A stretch of 64,000 nt of DNA, from positions 3,936,001 through 4,000,000 of the forward strand of contig OY970342.1 of the NCBI GenBank assembly GCA_963717505.1. The letters run 5' to 3'. Below the pieces are notes generated by a model, which made no database searches, was not told the origin of the DNA, and saw nothing but the letters and a program-made list of their open reading frames with translations. Source of the DNA: Candidatus Eiseniibacteriota bacterium. GTDB taxonomy: Bacteria; Eisenbacteria; RBG-16-71-46. Below are positions 47,214 to 55,568 of the stretch, piece by piece. The translations under genes were made by a program, and so were the position numbers. Position 1 is the stretch's first letter. Each line of letters begins with the position of its first letter.

Positions 47214-49682
47214 ATGTACCGCACCACCTCACTGCTTTCCTGGCTGTTGCTGCCCCTGGCCGCTTTTCTGGTCGCGAGCGCCCTGGGGCTGTCCCAGCAC
47301 CCCTATGTCGGGGCCGTACTGCGCGGGCCGGCCGTGGTCGCCGTCGACCCGGGCAGCCCGGCCGACCGTGCGGGGATCCGGGCGGGCGACCGCGTCCGGG
47401 CGTCGGCTTCGCCCCAGGCGGGAACGGCGGCCCGCCCCCTGGCGGACGCCACGATCGGACGACCGCTGACGCTCGAGATCGATCGTCAGGGCGAGTCGCG
47501 GACGGCGTGGCTGGTGCCCGATCGGCTGCCGGACGGCGATCGACGTCTGATCGGCGCGTTGCTGCTGGTGGCGTCGGGGTTCGTCTTGCTCGGCGGCTGG
47601 GTGTGGAGTGAACGTCGCGACCCTCTGACGCGCGCCTTCTTCCTCCTGTGTCTGGGGTTCGCGTTCCTGCTGGCGCCCCTGCCCCACGCGACCGGGCGCG
47701 CCGCGCACCTCATTCACGAAGCGGTGCTGACCGGCGTCACCGTCTTCCTGCCCGCCTGGTTCGTTCATTTCTTCGCACTGTTCCCCGACCGCAGTGCCCG
47801 CGGTGGGCGACGCGCGCTGGTCCAGGGCAGCTACCTGATCGCCACGGCACTGCTCGTGATCTCGCTCGCCCCGCTGGTCCTGACCTCGACCGGCCACGGC
47901 GCGATCGTGAACCCGATCGATCCCCTGCTCCAGGCGGTGGCCGCGTTGTGGTTCGCCGCCGGAGTCGTGATCGCCATCGCCCTGTTCGCCGCCGCCCTGC
48001 TCCAGGCTGAATCGAACGACGCGCGGCGCCGTCTGCGCGTCGCCTTTGCTGGAACGGTGCTCGGAGCGGCTCCGCTCGCGGCGTTGATCGTCGTCCGCAA
48101 CGTGGCGCCGGAAGTGTCGATTCCGGGGGAGCGTTTCGCCTTGTTGCTCGTGCTGTTCGTGCCGGCGTCGTTCGCGTGGGCGACCGTGATCCACCAGGTG
48201 TTCGACACGCGCGGAGCGCTGCGGATCGGCCTGGTCGCTGCGTTCCTCGGGCTGGTCGGCGCCGCGCTCTACGCGGCCGGTGAGTGGCTGGCGCTCGCCT
48301 GGTGGCCCAATCTGGGGAGCGGCATCGCCGGCGGGGCACTGGCGATGCTGGCGCTCGGAGCGTGCATCGCGGGACCGCTCGCGCCGCGACTCAGGATGTT
48401 CGGAAGCCGCGTCGTCCCCGAGCCCGGAACGCCATCGCTCACGACCTGGCTTGCGCGCGAGCCCGGCCTGCGCGACCTGCCCATGGAGCGGATCCTGCGC
48501 GAAGCCTGCGAGGTGGTCGCACGCTCCCTGCGTCTCGATGGCTGCGCGGTCGTGGTCTACGACGGCTTGCTCCCCTTCGGAACCACCGGGCACGGCACGC
48601 TGTCGGGAAACGGCTGGCCGGTCCCCGATCGATCGGCGTTTCGGGGGCAGGGCGTGCTGGCGCTCGAGGATGCTTCGCTTCCGACCGGCGATCGCGACCG
48701 CTTGGACCTGGCCGGAGTGCAATGGCTCGTGCCGATCGGTGAGAACCCGACTCGGGGCGTCATGGTGATCGGGCGGCGGCTCGCGGGATCGTGGCTCGGG
48801 CGAAGTGAGCAAGCCGAGCTCGAGAGTTTCTCGGCGCATCTCGCGATCGCGCTCGAGAACGAAGCGCTGCGGCGCGAGGCTTCGGCGCGCGGCCACCTGG
48901 ACCGCGAGCTGGCCGAGGCCGGCGCCATCCAGGCGCATCTGCTCCCTCGGCACGCGCCGGTGTTCCCGACGCTCGATTGCGCCGCCGCGGCACTCGCCAG
49001 CGAAACGGTGGGCGGCGACTACTACGATTTCATCCCGGGTCCCGGACGCGACTTCACGCTCGCGGTCGGCGACGCCGCGGGGAAAGGCGTGCCGGCAGCA
49101 CTGGTGTTGGCCGGAGTCCAGGCCCGGTTTCGCAGCCAGGCGGGGCGCGGACTCACGCCCGGGCGGCTGCTCGCCGAGCTCAATCAGGAACTGGTGGGTT
49201 TGGACCAGCCCGAGAAGTTCGTTGGACTGTTGTGCGCGCGTGTCGAAGTCCGCAGCGCGCGCATTTGTTTTGCCAACGCCGGGCTGACCCCGCCGCTGAT
49301 CCGCCGGCGAACGGGAGTGTTCGAGGAGTTCACCGCCGGCGGCATGCTGCTCGGCGTGCGCGCGCCCTCGACCTATCCCGAAACCTGGGTCGAGCTGGAT
49401 GCCGGCGACCTGGTGGTCATCTACTCCGACGGTCTGACCGAGGCCCGGCGCGGCGAGGAGATGTTCGGGGTCGAGGGGATCCAGCGAGTGCTCGAGGAGC
49501 ATCGGGAGCGCCGGGCAGCCGACATCCTCGAGGCCCTGCTCTCCGAGGTCCGGGCCTGGACCGATCAGCCCCTGGACGACGTGACCGTCGTGGTTCTGCG
49601 TCAGCTGACCCGGGCAGGCCGCCCCGGGGGTCCGCAAAACGCACTCAAGCGGACTCCGGTCACCGCCGATGCAATGGGGTGA
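47214..49682 (+). CDS. Membrane PDZ/TM/GAF/SpoIIE (PP2C, RsbU-like) phosphatase
   Basis: PDZ (PGSPADRAGI..GD); about 8 TM; VGGDYYDF, VGDAAGKG, YSDGLTE, DDVT. Confidence 0.9.
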   Translation: MYRTTSLLSWLLLPLAAFLVASALGLSQHPYVGAVLRGPAVVAVDPGSPADRAGIRAGDRVRASASPQAGTAARPLADATIGRPLTLEIDRQGESRTAWLVPDRLPDGDRRLIGALLLVASGFVLLGGWVWSERRDPLTRAFFLLCLGFAFLLAPLPHATGRAAHLIHEAVLTGVTVFLPAWFVHFFALFPDRSARGGRRALVQGSYLIATALLVISLAPLVLTSTGHGAIVNPIDPLLQAVAALWFAAGVVIAIALFAAALLQAESNDARRRLRVAFAGTVLGAAPLAALIVVRNVAPEVSIPGERFALLLVLFVPASFAWATVIHQVFDTRGALRIGLVAAFLGLVGAALYAAGEWLALAWWPNLGSGIAGGALAMLALGACIAGPLAPRLRMFGSRVVPEPGTPSLTTWLAREPGLRDLPMERILREACEVVARSLRLDGCAVVVYDGLLPFGTTGHGTLSGNGWPVPDRSAFRGQGVLALEDASLPTGDRDRLDLAGVQWLVPIGENPTRGVMVIGRRLAGSWLGRSEQAELESFSAHLAIALENEALRREASARGHLDRELAEAGAIQAHLLPRHAPVFPTLDCAAAALASETVGGDYYDFIPGPGRDFTLAVGDAAGKGVPAALVLAGVQARFRSQAGRGLTPGRLLAELNQELVGLDQPEKFVGLLCARVEVRSARICFANAGLTPPLIRRRTGVFEEFTAGGMLLGVRAPSTYPETWVELDAGDLVVIYSDGLTEARRGEEMFGVEGIQRVLEEHRERRAADILEALLSEVRAWTDQPLDDVTVVVLRQLTRAGRPGGPQNALKRTPVTADAMG
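49645..49672 (+). promoter_or_regulatory. sigma28 promoter TCAAG-N15-GCCGATGC
   Basis: Exact spacing; lies at the 3' end of the PP2C gene, facing the intergenic region. Confidence 0.7.
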
Positions 49683-49785
49683 GGCGACAGAGCGCCGCCT
49701 CCCCCGCCCGCGCTGCCAACCCACGGGCGGCCGCAGCTTACGGTTGACCGCGCTGTGCGCGACCTCGATGTCAGGAGGTCCGACC

Positions 49786-49842
49786 GTGGAGTTCGCTCTT
49801 ACGGTGCTCTTCCTCGACCTGCTGTGGTGGATTCGCCGCTAG
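49786..49842 (+). CDS. 18-aa hydrophobic peptide MEFALTVLFLDLLWWIRR
   Basis: AGGAGG 7 nt before GTG; hydrophobic core with RR end; downstream hairpins. Confidence 0.6.
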   Translation: MEFALTVLFLDLLWWIRR

Positions 49843-49997
49843 TCAGCGGACTCCCCCGGCACCTCGCGTAGGTGGGCCGTTCCGGGGGGGCACGACGCTC
49901 CGGAGCGCCGTGTCTCTCTGGGATGGCTCGCGAGGGCGATAGCCTCTGAACACTGGGTCCGCGGCCCGGTCGAGCTCACCGGGTGCGCGGAGCGGTG

Positions 49998-50792
49998 CTA
50001 TGCGCCAAGTGCCGCCTCGAGAGAACGCGCCAACGCCACCACCCGGCCGCCGGCATCCTGCTCCGGGTTCTCGGCGATCGCGCGCATGAACGCGGCGCCG
50101 ACCACCACCGCGTCGGCCTTGCCGCGCAGCGCTGCAGCCTGATCGGGCGTCGAGATCCCGAATCCCACGGCGATCGGCAGCGAGGTTCCGGCGCGGACTT
50201 CGGCGATTCTCTGGGTGAGGTCCAAGGTCTCCCCGGCCGAGCGACCGGTGACCCCGGTGCGCGCCAGGCAATAGACGAACCCACGGCAGCGCTCGAGGAT
50301 TCCCGGCAGTCGCGCCGCGGGCGTCGTCGGTGCGACCAGCAGGACCGGATCGAGCCCGGCGTCGGTCAGGGCCTGCCAGGTTTCGGGCGACTCGTCGGGC
50401 GGCAGGTCCGAAACCAGGACGCCGTCGATTCCGGCTGCCGCCGCGTCCGAGGCAAACGTGCGGATGCCGAGTGCCAGGATCGGATTGGCGTAGGTCATGA
50501 CCACGACCGGAGTCTCGAAGCCGTCGACGCGGAACGAGCGCACGAGTTCGATCGCATCGGCGGCCCCGACGCCCTGGCGTACCGCCCACTCCGAGGAGCG
50601 CTGGATCTCGGCGCCGTCCGCGATCGGATCCGAGAACGGAATTCCGATCTCGAGCGCGAGCGCTCCGGTTTCGGCGAGGCGGCGCATGAGCGACGCGGTC
50701 GCCGGCAGCGAAGGATATCCGGCCGTCAGGTAGGGGATCAGTCCGGTGCGGCCGCGCGCCGCGGCGAAGGCGCGGGCTATGCGACCCGGCAC
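49998..50792 (-). CDS. trpA: Tryptophan synthase alpha subunit
   Basis: YLTAGYP, EIGIPFSDPIADG, MTYAN, GVTG, VGFGIST. Confidence 0.95.
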   Translation of the reverse strand: MPGRIARAFAAARGRTGLIPYLTAGYPSLPATASLMRRLAETGALALEIGIPFSDPIADGAEIQRSSEWAVRQGVGAADAIELVRSFRVDGFETPVVVMTYANPILALGIRTFASDAAAAGIDGVLVSDLPPDESPETWQALTDAGLDPVLLVAPTTPAARLPGILERCRGFVYCLARTGVTGRSAGETLDLTQRIAEVRAGTSLPIAVGFGISTPDQAAALRGKADAVVVGAAFMRAIAENPEQDAGGRVVALARSLEAALGA

Positions 50793-50802
50793 GGACTCGC
50801 GA

Positions 50803-51276
50803 TCAGCGGGCGAAGTAGGGGTCGCGGATGTAGCCGAGGCCGCCGTTGTTGTACTGCAACGGCGAGCGCACGTCCTGGTATTGAACCTGGAGCACCATGT
50901 TCCGGTTCGGCCGCCACGCGAAATCGAGACCTTCGAGGAAGAAGGCGCTGTTCATTCGGCCACCGCTGCCGCCGAACTGGCTTCCGACGCTCACACTCAT
51001 CCAGATGGGCGCACGGAACTGATAGCCGAAGCGAGTGACCTGGAGCCCGTCCGAGGTGCCGCCGAATCCGGTGCCGACACTGACCGTGGTCGACATACTC
51101 AACCGAGACGGGTCGATGCCGAACTTGGGCTGAGCGAAACCGCTGATCGGAACCTGCGGGGTATAGCCGGGGCTCGAGAACGGTCCTGAGCCCGGCGTGT
51201 CGGCGCTCGCCGACCAAGCGGAGAATCCCGCGAGCAACGCCGCGAAGACCACGCCGAACACGATTCGCTGTCTCAT
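50803..51276 (-). CDS. Hypothetical secreted beta-rich protein
   Basis: Signal peptide MRQRIVFGVVFAALLAG..ASA. Confidence 0.7.
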   Translation of the reverse strand: MRQRIVFGVVFAALLAGFSAWSASADTPGSGPFSSPGYTPQVPISGFAQPKFGIDPSRLSMSTTVSVGTGFGGTSDGLQVTRFGYQFRAPIWMSVSVGSQFGGSGGRMNSAFFLEGLDFAWRPNRNMVLQVQYQDVRSPLQYNNGGLGYIRDPYFAR

Positions 51277-51285
51277 GGCTTTGAA

Positions 51286-51314
51286 ACGGTACGCCCGAGC
51301 CTTTGGAGTGTCAA
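51286..51314 (-). promoter_or_regulatory. sigma70 promoter TTGACA-N17-TACCGT (near-leaderless)
   Basis: Perfect -35; -10 lies 9 nt before ATG. Confidence 0.7.
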
Positions 51315-51369
51315 CCACCACGTCACACAAGCCTGACAGTCGTCGCGGAGAACGACTCCGCAGGCACCA

Positions 51370-52486
51370 TCACTCTTCGGAGATGACGATGCGCACGATG
51401 ATCTCGCGCGTCGTGCCCCGAGGAATCGTGATGGGAATGACGGCCTCGGTCGCCCCGCCGCCTCCGGAGACCTCGACGGTCGCCTGCCTCAGGCCGGGGC
51501 GTTCGGCGGTCAGCTCGGGCGCGGGTGCGGCGCGACGCGCCTCGGGCTGGGGCTGGGGTTGGGGCTTCGGGCGCGCCATCGCGATCTCGGCGGCAACCGG
51601 CGCCGGCCGTTTCGCGGCGGGGGCCACGTTGCGAGTCTCGGGTTTCTGGAGCTGAACCGGCTCCGACTCGAGCTCGGCGACCGCCTCGCCCAGCCCCGGC
51701 AGGGCGACTTCGTTGCCGAAGTCGGCCGGCAGCGCCGGCGGACGGGGTCGTGCGGGGTTCGCCTGAGGTGTCTCGAGCATCGGACGCTTTGCGGCGGGTT
51801 CGGCCGCACGAGCGGCGGGAGCTGCGGGCGCCGCCGGCTCTTCGGCGGCCGCCTCGGCCTTGGGACGCGACGCCGGGCTGAACGCGGTGCGCTTGAGGTC
51901 GCGGGTCACCTTCTCCATCAGCAGGTGCGACACGCCGCGGAAGGTCTCGAACACGCCCTTGCCTTGACGTCGCCACCGCCTCGAAGAACGGCACCGTCGC
52001 CGGTCGGGTTCAGCTCGGCGTTCAGCTCTTCGACGGTGTAGACGTTGGGCAGATCGCGCTTGTTGTACTGGATCACCCAGGGAATCTCGTCGAGCTGCAG
52101 CCCGTACTCGGCGAGGTTGGTGCGCAGGTTCGGCGAGACTCTCCTTGTTCTCGTCCATCTTGCCGACTTCGCTGTCGGCCACGAACACGATCGCATCCGC
52201 GCCCTTGAGCACCAGCTTGCGCGTGGCGTTGTAGAACACCTGGCCCGGGCACGGTGTAGAGCAGGAAGCGGGTCTTGAAGCCCATGATCTCGCCGAGGTC
52301 GAGCGGCAGCAGGTCGAAGAACAGCGTCCGGTCGGACTGCGTCTTCATGCTGACCATCTTGCCGCGGCTGGTGTCGGGCACCGCCTCGTAGATGGCCTCG
52401 AGGTTGGTGGTCTTACCGCTCAGGCCGGCCCCGTAATAGACCAGCTTGGCGTTGATTTCTTTGCCCGAGTAGCTCACGACGACCAC
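51370..52486 (-). CDS. mglA: MglA-family small GTPase with Ala/Pro-rich C-terminal extension (frameshifts)
   Basis: [57 protein letters not shown]. Confidence 0.9.
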
Positions 52487-52725
52487 GGTCCATTCCTCCT
52501 TGAGCGACCCCACCCTGTCGCAGAGGTGGATCCCATGGAGCCCCTTGCCGCCCTTTCTCCAATGGGCCTCGCGGGTGCTTGAACGACCTACTGCGATGCC
52601 TAAGCAAGGAGCCGCCGTCCTCGCACCGGATGGGGTCGCGATTCCCGGTCCGCGGCGATGACGCCGCGACTAGACCGGAATCGCGCCACTCCGTTGACTG
52701 TGAGATCCCGCGGACTTCGAACCCG

Positions 52726-52753
52726 GTATCGGCCGGCGATCCGAGGGGCTTGA
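52726..52753 (-). promoter_or_regulatory. sigma28 promoter TCAAG-N15-GCCGATAC upstream of mglA
   Basis: Exact spacing; directly downstream of a terminator. Confidence 0.8.
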
Positions 52754-52758
52754 ACCCG

Positions 52759-52785
52759 AAAAACGCCGCCGCTGCGGCGGTTCGC
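52759..52785 (-). terminator. Intrinsic terminator after the hypothetical gene
   Basis: CCGCC/GGCGG stem plus TTTTT on the minus strand. Confidence 0.55.
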
Positions 52786-52798
52786 CTCGCGTCGGACT

Positions 52799-53220
52799 TC
52801 ATGCGACCTCGACCAGGGACTCGACGCGATGGATCCAGATGCCCGGCCGCTCGCGCACCTGCGCCCGAATCGCCTCGCCCCGGTCGCGATAGTGCGAGAG
52901 GAAGATCTCCTTCAGCCGCTCGCAGTCGCTCGGTCGGAAAGTAGCGACAGGCCCGGGTGAACATCTCGTCGCGACCGGAGTAGACGAACGCGGTGACCTC
53001 GGTGACCCGGTCGTACTGGGTCTCGCCGTAGGCGGCCTCCGGGGAGTCCTCCATGTCGAGCCACAGCGAGGCGCGCGGTATCGAGCACTTCGAAGCCGTG
53101 CTTGCGGGTCATCAGGTACTCCCACAGACCGAAGATCTCGAGCGGCACGAAGCGTGGCGTCGTCTCGCGCTCGGCCAGGCCCGGGCGAATGACGCAGCGC
53201 ACCAGCTTCTGGCTGGGCAT
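52799..53220 (-). CDS. Hypothetical protein of about 140 aa (frameshifts)
   Basis: GGAGG SD; MPSQKLVRCVIRPG...WEYLM...SLWLDMED...RYFP...PGIWIHRV stitched across frames. Confidence 0.65.
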
Positions 53221-53328
53221 ATTGGAACCCTCCAGGCGGGAGTGTCGGCACCGGTGCGCCCCGATGGGCGCGGCCAAGTCGAGCGAGCGACTCGCCAGCA
53301 AAGGGCCGGTTCAGCGACTCCCCCACCG

Positions 53329-53356
53329 GTGTCGGCAACCGCGGGCGGCGTCTCGA
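53329..53356 (-). promoter_or_regulatory. sigma28-like promoter TCGAG-N15-GCCGACAC
   Basis: Exact spacing; one mismatch per box versus the mglA site. Confidence 0.55.
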
Positions 53357-53366
53357 TGGAAATTCA

Positions 53367-53382
53367 TGCAGTTTGCACGCCG
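53367..53382 (-). promoter_or_regulatory. Putative sigma54 promoter CGGCGTGCAAACTGCA
   Basis: GG-N10-GC spacing; same CTGCA -12 as the 43699 site. Confidence 0.5.
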
Positions 53383-53414
53383 GTCTAGGGTCACGGAGCG
53401 GGCAACCCCAGTCC

Positions 53415-53444
53415 TTGACAGGGTTTCGGGGCGCCGGATAGCTT
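53415..53444 (+). promoter_or_regulatory. sigma70 promoter TTGACA-N18-TAGCTT
   Basis: Consensus match upstream of the acyltransferase operon. Confidence 0.65.
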
Positions 53445-53488
53445 CGGGCGCGCAAACCCGCCGCCCGGGGACCCAGGGAGACTGTCCT

Positions 53489-54401
53489 TTGCTGTCACGG
53501 CTCGTTTACAACCTGGTCACGACCCTGATCGCGGCCCTACCGGCCCGGCTCGGCTATTTCATCGCCGTCGGCGCTGACCGAGCTTGCACATGGCCGCTGC
53601 TTCCCCTCCCGCCGCCACGCCGCGCTGGCGAATCTGGCGAGTGATGCTGCCCGGCGCTCGCGCCGCGAGCGCCTCCGGATCGTCCGCGCGCATGATGCGC
53701 AGCTACAACCGCATGCTGTTCGAGTTCTTCCGCCTGCCCCACCTCGGACGCGCGAGGAGCTGCTGCGATGCGGTCGAGGTCGTCGGGCCGCGAGCACCTC
53801 GAGCAGCGCGGTCGCCCGCGGCCGCGGCGTGATCATCGCCTGCACGCCACATCGGCAACTGGGAGCTGGCGGCGGTGGTGCTCGCGCACTGGGGCTACAC
53901 GCTGCACGCGGTCGCCGGCGTCCAGCTCAGCCGCTGGCTGACCGCCGGCGGTGCGCGAGACCAAGAGCCGAGCTGGCGATCCACACCGTGTCGCCCGAGG
54001 ACGGCTTCCGCAAGCTGCTGCGCGCGCTCGAGCACAACGACCTGGTCGCGCTGATGGTGGACGGCGACCTCTACCAGCCACGGCGCCACCGTCGAGTTCT
54101 TCGGCCGCGAGACGCGCTGGCCCGCCGGGCCCGGCGTGCTCGCGCAGCGCACCGGCGCGCTGGTCATCTGCGGCTACTGCGAGCGCACTCGCGCCCGGGC
54201 GCTTCCGCATCGTCATCGAGCCGGCGCTCGATCCGGCCGCGTTCCCGATCGGCGCCGGCGCTCAACGCCGCGATCGCCGGGACCGCCGAGCGCCACATCC
54301 GCGAGCATCTCGACCAGTGGTGCATCTTCCGGCCGATGTGGGAACCCGCGCCGGAGGCGGAGCGCGCACCGGATCCCGCGGCGCGTCGCGTTCGCGCGTG
54401 A
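53489..54401 (+). CDS. Lysophospholipid acyltransferase (LpxL/PatA-like; frameshifts)
   Basis: HIGNWE, VALMVDGD, VEFFG, HLDQWCIFRPMW across frames. Confidence 0.82.
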
Positions 54402-55563
54402 GGATCGGGATCGTCTCCCAGTCCTACTACCCCCGCTACGGCGGCGTCACCGAGCACGTCCACCACACCGCCGTCGAGCTGCGCGCGCCGCGGCCACGAC
54501 GTGACGCATCATCACCAGCCGCTTCCGCGCGCGGCGAGCCGAGGCCCGACCGCATCGGGCGTCGAGCGCGTCGGCTACAACGTCCTGATCCCGTTCAACC
54601 GCGCGTTCGTGGACTTCACCGTCGGCTTGCGGCTCAAGCGCGAGCTGCAAGCGCCTGTTCGCGCGCCACGACATTCGACATCGTGCACACGCACTGCCCG
54701 ATCGCGCCGACCCTGCCGATCCTGGCGATCCAGTCGGCGATCGTGCCCGCAGGTCGGCACGTTCCACACCACCGGCGGAGCCGCAGCGTTCTGCAGGACA
54801 CCTTCCAGGACTTCCTGTCCCGCGTCGTCGGGCGGCTCGACGCCCGCATCGCGGTGTCGCACACCGCGCGCCGAGACCGCGGCGCACCTACTACCCCGGC
54901 CACTACGACGTGATCCCGAACGGCGTGGACGTCGAGCGCTTCCACCCGGCCATCGCGCCGTTCGCCGAGTGGCGCGATCCGGACGTCACGTGAACCTGCT
55001 GTTCGTCGGCCGACTCGATCCGCGCAAGGGCCTTCATTACCTGATCGAGGCGATGCCCGAGATGGTCGCGCGCACCAACGGACGCGCGCGGCTGCTGGTG
55101 GTCGGCGACTCCTACCTGCGCGCGCGCTTCGAGGCCTCGGTGCCGTCGGCGGTGCGCGACCACGTTCACTTCCTCGGCCACGTGCCGAGCGCGGACCTGC
55201 CGCGCTGGTACGCGACCGGCGACATGTTCGTCTCGCCGGCCTCGGGCAACGAGAGCTTCGGCATCGTGCTGCTCGAGGCCATGGCGGCCGGACGCGCCGG
55301 TGGTCGCGTCGGACATCCCCGGCTATCGCTCGGTGGTGATCCCCGGACGACAACGGCGTCGCTGTTCCCGCCCGGCGACGTCGCCGGCGCTCGCGCGGGC
55401 GTTGTCGGCTCTGGTCGCAGGACCCCGATCGGCGCGCGTCAGCTCGCCGCCGCGCGGCCGCCAGCGCGCGCTCGAGTTCGCGTGGCCGCGCGTCACCGAT
55501 CGGATCGAAGCGGTCTACCGCGAGGTCCTGAGCCGACGCAGCGCCGTCCACACCGCCGCCTGA
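54398..55563 (+). CDS. GT4 glycosyltransferase, PimA-like (frameshifts)
   Basis: RIGIVS....GGVTEHV, VGTFHT, RIAVS, IPNGVD, FVGRLDPRKG, ESFGIVLLEAMAAG. Confidence 0.85.
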
Positions 55564-55568
55564 GCGCG

